Program-made: the position numbers and the translations under genes | Shown: positions 56,348 through 64,000 of the stretch, in pieces | Layout: each line of letters begins with the position of its first letter | How positions within the stretch are numbered: position 1 is the stretch's first letter | Notes under the pieces: generated by a model | What the model saw: only the letters and a program-made list of their open reading frames with translations | Told to the model about the DNA's origin: nothing | Databases searched by the model: none | IMG/VR virus record: IMGVR_UViG_3300044641_003209 | Coordinates: 2,457 to 66,456 of that record | Origin: a virus | Length of the DNA: 64,000 bases | Direction: 5' to 3' (one strand)

Positions 56348-58339
56348 ATGACCGAATACGTCCCATTCAAAGCATCTGAGATTCCAGATAGTGTTATCAC
56401 GAAGGATATCTTCGCTGATGAAAACCTGTCTGATGTATATACTAGAATCTGGAGCGACATAGAGACAGCTCGTCCTTTGTTCATGAATGCTTGGGATGAA
56501 GCACGGCGCAATTCAGCTTTCGTGCAAGGCAATCAATGGGACGACGATGAGCGTGAGGCGCATGCTAGGCAGAATCGAATCCCTTATGTATTCGACCAAA
56601 TCTCGCCAAAGGTTAATGCTGTTCTTGGAGTGCATTCAGCACGCCGAGTGGAAGCGCAAGCTATCCCTACTGAACCTGGTGATGAACCTACAGCCTACGT
56701 AGCCAACCGGCTTATCAAGTGGTGCGAGCAAATCAATCGTATGGACGAAGTGGAGAACGAAGTCTTTTACGACATGATTGTGAAAAAGGTCGGCTGCACT
56801 GTAACTCGCTGGGCTTTGTCCGACGGGCTTTCGGGGCGTCCAGTCGTAGAGCGAATCCCGGTCTACCAAATGATGTGGGATCCAAACTCGGTTGACGTAG
56901 GACTGTCTGACGCAAAGTGGATGGCGCGAATCCTTCCGGTATCACGGCAGGATGCAATCGAGCGCTGGCCGGAGTTTGAGGAAGCTATCCGTAATGCCGC
57001 TGGATTTGGAAACGAATCTACTATTGCTCGCTTTGAGGTGATGACCCCACGCCAGCAGTATATGGCTGAGGCTGGTAGGTCTCTCAAGGAAACGGATATA
57101 CGCGGAGATATCATTGCGGTCGAGCACTTCGAGAAAGCTCGTCAATACATCTATATTGTTGTCGATCAAGTCTCCAATGAGATGACTGAGTATGACACCC
57201 AGAGTGTAGCTCAAAGTCATATCGACGGATTGATGGAGCAGTATGTCGAAGGATCTGTCAATCTGATTGATGCTGAAGGCAATGATCTAGTTACGATGGT
57301 CACGCTCTCTAAGGATATCGTCATCCAGTCTCTGATGTTCGGCGACGAGTGCGTGTCACGGGAAGTAACAGAACTTCCCGACTTCCCATACCAGATATCG
57401 TTTTGTTATCATGACGATGGCGAGTATTGGTCGTTCGTCGATCAATTGATTGACCCTCAGTTGTTCCAGAACCGCATGATTTCCGAGCTCGATAACCAAA
57501 TCGGGCGAGGCAATAAGAACATCATGACGGTGATTGAGGCCAAGCTCAAGCGTGGATTTACGATTGAGAGCTTGAATCGCGAGGCATCGAAGGTATCTCC
57601 AAAGATTCCTGTGCTGTCTCATGACGCCATCAATGTTGTACAGAACCAACCGGCACAGTCAGACTTGGTTCCCGCAATCAGCATGGCCATCAACCATATG
57701 ACGGATATTGTCGGTGGTCGTAATGCCTTGGGCCTTCAGGAGAACGCCGCTGAATCTGGCGCCGCCGTTCGCGCTCGTCAAGAGGCAGCGGGCATGGCTC
57801 GTATGCCAGTATTCGCGCACATCAATTCATGGCGGCGTAAAGTAACGGAAATGTGCCTTTGGTACATGCGAAAGTATCTGGCACCAGACCAGCAAATGCG
57901 CATTCTTGGTGCAGATGGCAAGCCAGAATGGTTGCTTGTGGAACAGCCAGTGCTTGATTCCCTAGCGAATGCCCGTATGGATATTGCGATTACCGAGGCT
58001 GTCGATACTGTTACGGCCAAGGAACGCCAGTTCGTACAAGTGAAGGAGCTCTTCCAGACAATCGGGCCTATGCTCCCGCCAGATATCGTTATCACGACGT
58101 TGCTTGAATACTCTTCGCTAGAGCAGGTTACAAAGGATAAGATTCTTGGAATGATTCCTGCTATTCAGCAGTATCAGCAGCAACAAGCTGAACAACAGAA
58201 GCAAGCAAAGTTGCAGCAGTCCGTACAAGACTCGATGCAAAAGAAGCAGATGAAAGATCAAATGGAAATGCAGCAGGCTGTAACCGCCACGCAGCTTGCC
58301 GCTGGTAATTCTTTGGGCGGCCAACCATCTACCATGTAG
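56348..58339 (+). CDS. Portal protein (P22-like)
   Basis: F.QGNQW..RQNRIP..FDQI.PKVN, WDPNS..LSDAKW, LIDPQ..N, ESG.AVRARQ; Q-rich C-terminus. Confidence 0.9.
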   Translation: MTEYVPFKASEIPDSVITKDIFADENLSDVYTRIWSDIETARPLFMNAWDEARRNSAFVQGNQWDDDEREAHARQNRIPYVFDQISPKVNAVLGVHSARRVEAQAIPTEPGDEPTAYVANRLIKWCEQINRMDEVENEVFYDMIVKKVGCTVTRWALSDGLSGRPVVERIPVYQMMWDPNSVDVGLSDAKWMARILPVSRQDAIERWPEFEEAIRNAAGFGNESTIARFEVMTPRQQYMAEAGRSLKETDIRGDIIAVEHFEKARQYIYIVVDQVSNEMTEYDTQSVAQSHIDGLMEQYVEGSVNLIDAEGNDLVTMVTLSKDIVIQSLMFGDECVSREVTELPDFPYQISFCYHDDGEYWSFVDQLIDPQLFQNRMISELDNQIGRGNKNIMTVIEAKLKRGFTIESLNREASKVSPKIPVLSHDAINVVQNQPAQSDLVPAISMAINHMTDIVGGRNALGLQENAAESGAAVRARQEAAGMARMPVFAHINSWRRKVTEMCLWYMRKYLAPDQQMRILGADGKPEWLLVEQPVLDSLANARMDIAITEAVDTVTAKERQFVQVKELFQTIGPMLPPDIVITTLLEYSSLEQVTKDKILGMIPAIQQYQQQQAEQQKQAKLQQSVQDSMQKKQMKDQMEMQQAVTATQLAAGNSLGGQPSTM

Positions 58340-58355
58340 ATTTTGAGGAACAGCA

Positions 58356-59306
58356 ATGGAAGATACACTTAACCCACAGGAGCAATACGATGAAGAACTC
58401 CAAGAAGAAGGGCTCGAAGAAGAAGGGTTACTAGACGAGAAAGTTGAAGAAGTATTGGATGAAGAAGAGATCGTAGATCCTGACACCGATGTAGTCGATG
58501 CACCGGAAGATTGGCAGGTCGAGATACCTGTTCGTCAGCTCGATGGCACCTACAAAGAGTCGGTATTTGACCAGGATTCTTTAGCCGACGTTGTTTCCAA
58601 GGGCCAGCACTTCGACGAACTTTTGGAGCAGGCGCAAATCTTGCAGCAGCAAGTGGCAGCAGCCCACCAAAATGCGCAGCAGTCGAAAGCGCTAGTAGAC
58701 TTTGTGGCGGGCGATCCCGTGCTTTCACGTATGACGTATATGAAGGCCAACGGTTATTCAGTCCAAGAAATTTTGAACGATTTGCAACAACTTGCCAGCA
58801 CTATGAACTCAAACACGAACGACCCATACCTCGACGAACTCGACGATACTCAGAAGCAACTTTATCTCAAGGTCAAGGAAGAAGAGAATCGTCGTGCGCA
58901 TCTAGAGCAACAGGTGGCGGCAATGCAAGCCGAACGCATGGTAGAGACGGTAGCTACGCACAACTCCCGTGTATTCGACGAAGCACTGGTGGATCTTGGT
59001 TTGGATTACACCGGAGAAGCTGATATCCCTAAGATTCAGAAAGCTGTCGCTGAACTCTATCCAAATGTAGATGCGCGTACGACGAAGTTCAGTAAGCAGC
59101 AAGCTCAAGCAATTCTGCGCTATGCTGGCTTGAGTAAGCGTAGCTCTAAGACGAGTTCAAAGATTCAACAAGTTAGCAAGGCAAAGACGGCGCCACGGGT
59201 CATTGGTGGCTCTAAGTCTGCCGGTACAAACAAGCGTCAGATCCAACAAAAACTGGGTAATACGATTGAAGAACGCCGAAAGGCTTTGCTAGGTTTGGGA
59301 CTGTAA
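58356..59306 (+). CDS. Capsid scaffolding protein
   Basis: Acidic N-terminus, coiled coil, basic C-terminus; between portal and MCP. Confidence 0.75.
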   Translation: MEDTLNPQEQYDEELQEEGLEEEGLLDEKVEEVLDEEEIVDPDTDVVDAPEDWQVEIPVRQLDGTYKESVFDQDSLADVVSKGQHFDELLEQAQILQQQVAAAHQNAQQSKALVDFVAGDPVLSRMTYMKANGYSVQEILNDLQQLASTMNSNTNDPYLDELDDTQKQLYLKVKEEENRRAHLEQQVAAMQAERMVETVATHNSRVFDEALVDLGLDYTGEADIPKIQKAVAELYPNVDARTTKFSKQQAQAILRYAGLSKRSSKTSSKIQQVSKAKTAPRVIGGSKSAGTNKRQIQQKLGNTIEERRKALLGLGL

Positions 59307-59338
59307 ATTAGGTATTATATTCATAAAGGAGACGCCTA

Positions 59339-60628
59339 ATGGCATACCTCAATTCTACGCGACGCGGTATCCGGACCACTCAGACGGTCAACCCGCAGAA
59401 CCAAAAGCCGGATATTAGCGAGCAAATCCGTACCCTCTACCCAGAGGCTACACCAATCATCACGCTGATGGAGAAGATCTCCACGGCTGGTCGTCCAAAG
59501 TCGAAGAAGGTGCAAGTACGTAAGTATTATGCTACTGACTTCCTGGATCAAATCACGGCATCTGCTGCTGGTATTGCAGGCAACAACGAAACGCGCTTTG
59601 GTCGCCTGACTGTAGCTCAATCGTCACGCCCCGGCATTTCTGGCATGCTGTATCAGCCACAGGACAAGCTCTATATCGTGGCCACTGGTCAGACGGTTGA
59701 AGTCGTTATGACTCCAGATGCCGCTTACAAAGTGAACGGTACGGAACTTCAGCTTTCAACAGCACTTGTGAGCAATGGTGCTTCGCAAACGCGCACAGCC
59801 GCAAGCAACATCATCGTTCGCGTTGTCGAGCCTGTCGCATTTGTCGCCCCAACGACGTCGGATTTCTGGCACCTCGGTCGTACAATCTGGGAATCGCAGC
59901 CAATTGAGGCAAGCGGCTATCAGCGTGACGTGGTGTTTGACTACAACTTCGTCGAGCACAAGGAAGCCGTTCTCGAAGTCACAGAAGATGAACTTGAGTA
60001 CGTGCAAACGTATGGTTCGATGAAGGACTTTGACTTCCAAAAGCGCGAAGTTATCGAAGAGTTCAAGAAGCAGATCAATCTGACGTGCTGGTACTCCGAG
60101 CGTGCTGTGAACTTCGATCAAACAGGCCGCCCTACGCATCACATGCGCGGCGTTCTGAATGCTATTCGCACGAATGTCACGGTTTACAATCCGGCTCAAG
60201 CTGGTTTGGACTTCGAGAACCTCGTCAGCGAGTTTATGTACAAGCAGGCATTTCTCCATCAAGGCGCAAAGCGTAAGTGGGCATTTGTCGGCGCGGACTT
60301 CCTCAATAACTTCAACAAGGCTTTCCGTGAATATCGCCGTAGCGATCTGAACGTAAGCAAGCAGACACCAGGTCTGAACATTACGACGTATGACTGGATG
60401 GGCTATCAGCTCGACCTCGTGCGCAATGAGACGTTCCGCCTTGGTACTCCGCAGTCGCACTGGTGTTGCGTGATTGACCCTGAGCAGGTCGATTACCACG
60501 TAGCCAAGAACTTCGATGTTCGTGAATACTCGAATAACAACGAGCGCGACAAGAAGCTCATGGTCGAATGGTCCGGCACGCTGTCGTTCCACCTTGAAGA
60601 GCATCACGCCCTTCTCCGTACGGCCTAA
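59339..60628 (+). CDS. Major capsid protein (DUF5309/SU10-like)
   Basis: 429 aa after the scaffold; PDISEQI..P..TPI, HMRGVL..I.TN, E..L..HLEEHHA. Confidence 0.8.
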   Translation: MAYLNSTRRGIRTTQTVNPQNQKPDISEQIRTLYPEATPIITLMEKISTAGRPKSKKVQVRKYYATDFLDQITASAAGIAGNNETRFGRLTVAQSSRPGISGMLYQPQDKLYIVATGQTVEVVMTPDAAYKVNGTELQLSTALVSNGASQTRTAASNIIVRVVEPVAFVAPTTSDFWHLGRTIWESQPIEASGYQRDVVFDYNFVEHKEAVLEVTEDELEYVQTYGSMKDFDFQKREVIEEFKKQINLTCWYSERAVNFDQTGRPTHHMRGVLNAIRTNVTVYNPAQAGLDFENLVSEFMYKQAFLHQGAKRKWAFVGADFLNNFNKAFREYRRSDLNVSKQTPGLNITTYDWMGYQLDLVRNETFRLGTPQSHWCCVIDPEQVDYHVAKNFDVREYSNNNERDKKLMVEWSGTLSFHLEEHHALLRTA

Positions 60629-60655
60629 TTATTCACGAAACAAAAGGACAAAACA

Positions 60656-61255
60656 ATGCGTTACATCGCAATTGACGATAGCTTGGCCCTTCTTGCTGCA
60701 TCTGGCAAGGCCAAGTATCAGTTCAAGAATGGCGTGCTGCAAGTCGGCACAGCCACTGGAACTGGAGCAGGTAACGAGATTGTTCCGGATCTTTCCGGTA
60801 CGGATCTCGATTCCAAGATGCAAACTCTCTACCCTAATGCTGCGACGGATCTGGGTAAGGTCGGCCTTGATGAGATTTTCTTCGCCGCCCCTCCCATTAT
60901 AGCAGCCGGTACTTTGGCGTCTGGTAAGTATTACACGCTTCTGTCTGGAACGGTAGATCTGACTGGTGCGAACTACACTGGTAAGTACACACTTGTGCTT
61001 CCATCGCAAGTTCCATCTGCTGACCTGACTGAGTTCCCAATTGGATACGTGATTAAGGCAACTGCTGCAATCACCGTTCCTGCTGGTGATGCTACGTGGG
61101 CACTGTCGCTTGAGCCACGTTTCCTCGACGATCAAGAGCACAATCTCCGTAGCGAGAACTTTATCATCAATGAACTCACGACGTTCAAGGATGAAAGCTC
61201 TTGGAACGGCAAGACATATAGCTCTCGCATTAAGGATCCAAAGTACGTTCGCTGA
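60656..61255 (+). CDS. Putative capsid auxiliary/decoration protein
   Basis: 199 aa directly after the MCP and before a terminator. Confidence 0.55.
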   Translation: MRYIAIDDSLALLAASGKAKYQFKNGVLQVGTATGTGAGNEIVPDLSGTDLDSKMQTLYPNAATDLGKVGLDEIFFAAPPIIAAGTLASGKYYTLLSGTVDLTGANYTGKYTLVLPSQVPSADLTEFPIGYVIKATAAITVPAGDATWALSLEPRFLDDQEHNLRSENFIINELTTFKDESSWNGKTYSSRIKDPKYVR

Positions 61256-61262
61256 TTCTAAC

Positions 61263-61299
61263 GGGGGCCTGGTAAGGCACTGGGCCCCCTTTTTGTTTT
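61263..61299 (+). terminator. Intrinsic terminator
   Basis: GGGGGCC..GGCCCCC-TTTTTGTTTT. Confidence 0.8.
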
Positions 61300-61311
61300 C
61301 CATTATTTTGA

Positions 61312-61788
61312 ATGAACGCCATGGATTTGAGCCAAAAGAAAGCCAAGCAAACTAAACCATATCTGCATAAGTCCGAGGAAGATCGAGAGCTCGTACCAGT
61401 GCAGAATGTCTATGACCAAGTAGATCTACCGCAGGCTTCCCTAGAAGAGGAAGCTGAGCTGTTTATATCCCGACATCGTGGACTAACTCTGCGTGGACTC
61501 ATGGTTGAAGAACCAAGTCAGCCAGGATATTTCAGCCAGACTACTGTTACATTTCGTGATGGGAAGTATCGCGCTTCCGATTCAAATGTAATTGCAGCAA
61601 TGAAGAAGCACATGAACTTTGGTGGTACTCACTCGAAGTCTTTCGCAGATCTGCCACCAAATTCACGTAGCGCCCTGTTCTATGCAGGTAGCCTTCCTGA
61701 CGAGCTCCAGCGCCAAGAGCGTTTGGAGGCCGAACAACTGACACGAGATAGAGATCAATACGAAGACCCATTTAGGATTGCACGATGA
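61312..61788 (+). CDS. Hypothetical protein
   Basis: 158 aa. Confidence 0.65.
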   Translation: MNAMDLSQKKAKQTKPYLHKSEEDRELVPVQNVYDQVDLPQASLEEEAELFISRHRGLTLRGLMVEEPSQPGYFSQTTVTFRDGKYRASDSNVIAAMKKHMNFGGTHSKSFADLPPNSRSALFYAGSLPDELQRQERLEAEQLTRDRDQYEDPFRIAR

Positions 61789-62201
61789 ACGACACAGTAT
61801 TCAGCTTTGAGGAGTTCATGGGTGGTATCCCAGTCAAGAACTCCAAGGCAACTAAGGACACCATGGATGGCAAGGCGTATCGCCTAGGTTTCCAAGCCGC
61901 GAAGCTGGAGACTGACCGTGCTAAGTTGAATGAGGAAAAAGTTTTGTTTGAGCAACAGAAGGCTGCTGTTATCCAACAGCTCCTGAGTGCTCAAGCTCAA
62001 ATAGCGACGATGCAGGGCGCCTCCGCAGGTGCTACTGCCGGTGTTGCCGCTGGTCTCGGCATGGGTGGTGTGCCTGTCGGTCCTGGTGGTTCTATTGGTG
62101 GTCCGGCTCCTATGGGCGGCGCCCCATCTCCTATGCCTGATATGGGCGGAATGCCTATGGGCGCCCCTGCTGGTGGTGGTGGAATGCCTCCAATGATGTA
62201 A
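61785..62201 (+). CDS. Hypothetical protein with coiled coil and G/P/M-rich tail
   Basis: 138 aa; ATGA-coupled. Confidence 0.65.
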   Translation: MNDTVFSFEEFMGGIPVKNSKATKDTMDGKAYRLGFQAAKLETDRAKLNEEKVLFEQQKAAVIQQLLSAQAQIATMQGASAGATAGVAAGLGMGGVPVGPGGSIGGPAPMGGAPSPMPDMGGMPMGAPAGGGGMPPMM

Positions 62202-62307
62202 GTATCTACAAAAGAAAAGTACAGCCGTCGGGCCTCTGCACAAGCATGCTATCTTACGACGGCTATTCTTTTTAGGGGTTGCCTTCCCGCTTCACTAATT
62301 TGCTGGC

Positions 62308-62931
62308 ATGCCTACTGCCGCGCAAATGAGAGCCAAAGTACGAGCGGTTCTGGATGACCAGACATCGCTTTGGAAACAAGGCACGATGTGGACTGATACG
62401 CAAATTGATGCAGCACTCGATGCCGCGCAGTTTGCGTTTGTCCGTTACAGCTATCTCAAAAAGCAGTGGCACCTTATATCGAATCTGTATGCGAATACCT
62501 CTGGCCAGTCGCCTCTTAATATGCCTGGCAACTATATGTTCTATGCTTCTGCAACTATCGACGTCAATAGCGAGCCGTATGCAGCGGTATTGTACATTGG
62601 ATGGTCTGGTTCGATATACAGCACAGATCCTACGCGCTATGTTGCGCATATCCGAGCAGGTACTATAAACTTCCTGAATGGCCTGACCCCTACGACTGGA
62701 ACGCTGTATTACTATAGATTCCCGACGACGATATCTGGTGGTTCTAATCATACTGAAATGATTGATGCCTGCTATGATGCTATGGTCTACCATGCTATAG
62801 CAATCTTGCAGCAAAAGGACTGGGGCCAGTGTCAGCGTGCATTGAAGAACATGCAGGCAGTTATGGCTCCGCTTCTGAGTGAGCCATCGGAAATGTATCC
62901 TGTAAACCTCAATCAGAATACCGACGCATGA
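62308..62931 (+). CDS. Tail ring/adaptor (tubular A-like) protein 1
   Basis: V..VLDD..WTD..I..ALD.AQ, MP.NY, YYRFP, MVYHA. Confidence 0.65.
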   Translation: MPTAAQMRAKVRAVLDDQTSLWKQGTMWTDTQIDAALDAAQFAFVRYSYLKKQWHLISNLYANTSGQSPLNMPGNYMFYASATIDVNSEPYAAVLYIGWSGSIYSTDPTRYVAHIRAGTINFLNGLTPTTGTLYYYRFPTTISGGSNHTEMIDACYDAMVYHAIAILQQKDWGQCQRALKNMQAVMAPLLSEPSEMYPVNLNQNTDA

Positions 62932-63608
62932 CAGTCAACCAGGCCATAGAGTTCGTGCGCAATATCTTGGATGAACCTAAGTACGAATACTTTGGTTCAG
63001 ATGCAGATCTTACGTCTATCTTCGTCGATGCCCTGCGCGAGGCGGCTGTTGTGGTAGCTCGTGAATGCTGGAATCGTGGCGAGAAGGAAGCTATTCAGCC
63101 GCTCTGGGCCGAGGTAACCCTGACTGTAGACGTGAACCAGGTAGCAACGATGCCTAACCAGTTCTTGTTCATCGAATCAGTTAGGTCGAACTTCCAAGAC
63201 AACGCTGATAAACTGTGGCCACACAAGTACGTATCCCCTGCCGTATTCTCACGCAGGCGTAATCGTACTCCAATGGAACCGCAGGTAGGAACTCAGTTAA
63301 GCCGTTCCTCTGCGTTCTATACTCGTGCTGAATACACGGTTGTTGGTGGCAATATCTTGGCAACAAGCAACGCTATCATTGCTACGCCGAACAAGGATAT
63401 CGCTGTATCGTATATCCGTGTTCCGACGATCCCTACTACGTTGACCAACCAGATGCCAATGGCGGTGTACATTCATCCCTTCATCTGCGATAAGGCCGCT
63501 GAGATTCTTTATCGCAAGGAACATCCCGGCGACGATAGGCCATCCATAGGTGGCATCATTGATATCGAGTCAGCATTGTATAAGGTCATGCGAGGTCAGC
63601 GTCAATGA
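62928..63608 (+). CDS. Tail ring/adaptor protein 2
   Basis: VRNILDE, MPNQFL.I.SV, SYIRVP, HP.ICD.A. Confidence 0.65.
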   Translation: MTVNQAIEFVRNILDEPKYEYFGSDADLTSIFVDALREAAVVVARECWNRGEKEAIQPLWAEVTLTVDVNQVATMPNQFLFIESVRSNFQDNADKLWPHKYVSPAVFSRRRNRTPMEPQVGTQLSRSSAFYTRAEYTVVGGNILATSNAIIATPNKDIAVSYIRVPTIPTTLTNQMPMAVYIHPFICDKAAEILYRKEHPGDDRPSIGGIIDIESALYKVMRGQRQ

Positions 63609-64000
63609 TAAGCATATCCTCAATGACCCTAGCGGATGCGGTAAACGCCATCGAAATGCGCGTATCGGACATGATGACGCCGTACAATTCGGACTGGCAG
63701 ACCATGGCTCAGTATATCCGAGATGCGCGTCGAGATCTGTTTAACCGCACTAATGCCTACAAGGAATGGTCATATCAGCAAACGGTACAGCTCACTCATT
63801 TGCAGAGCGTACCTCAGGATTTCATTCGACCAATACGTCTTACGACATCTCTCCCTAATGTCGATCCTACGCTTGCAATGCGGTACGAAGCACGTATGGC
63901 AGATCCCCGTGAGTGGCGATCTCTGACAAATCCAGCTAGGCCAATTAGCTTTACAAAGGGCTGGGTGAAAACTGGCGTGTACATGATCTGGGCTAACCCT
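63605..64000 (+). CDS. Tail ring/adaptor protein 3 (3'-truncated)
   Basis: ATGA-coupled and open to the window end: MTLADAVNAIEMRV..YIRDARRDL..VPQDFIRPIRL. Confidence 0.6.
   Translation, partial: MISISSMTLADAVNAIEMRVSDMMTPYNSDWQTMAQYIRDARRDLFNRTNAYKEWSYQQTVQLTHLQSVPQDFIRPIRLTTSLPNVDPTLAMRYEARMADPREWRSLTNPARPISFTKGWVKTGVYMIWANP

Noticed and set aside
59756-61303. Long antisense ORFs (283 aa, 224 aa; also 48390..49169 and 38751..39401)
   Set aside because: Shadows of well-supported + strand genes, with no RBS or recognisable motifs
62222-62273. AGCCGTCG..CGACGGCT stem with T-tail as a possible ncRNA
   Set aside because: Single copy with a long loop and no covariation support; most simply a terminator-like hairpin
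1-64000. Alternative genetic code (stop-codon reassignment)
   Set aside because: Long genes are intact under the standard code, and TAA, TAG and TGA all end well-supported genes

Overview
The window is a near-complete, apparently circularly permuted genome of a short-tailed (podovirus-like) dsDNA phage. The host is probably in the FCB/Bacteroidota group, inferred from a DUF3127-like SSB, a DUF6371-like primase and TTTG/TTGC..TAnnTTGC promoters. The layout is as follows. 1-17 kb: tail nozzle and two giant internal (ejection) proteins. 17-22 kb: tyrosine recombinase and a tail-fibre cassette. 22.4-29.9 kb: a leftward block of small early-type genes. 30-34 kb: dCMP deaminase, thyX and small genes. 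34.5-38 kb: small basic proteins and a sphingomyelinase-like EEP enzyme. 38-49 kb: replication initiator with an iteron origin, primase-helicase, lysis genes, Bet/YqaJ, VRR-NUC and SSB. 54-64 kb: terminase, portal, scaffold, capsid and three tandem tail-ring proteins. The most unusual signal is a layer of non-coding elements around the early genes. Ten early genes share a TTCAC(A)GGG(A/G) leader. Four promoter-like gaps carry tandem 13-bp boxes. Two 46-nt anticodon-less tRNA-like elements show full stem covariation. A structured RNA at 38.07-38.17 kb has a C-rich loop complementary to the shared leader and is a candidate trans-acting early-gene shut-off sRNA. All protein calls come from motif recognition by eye, with no database search.
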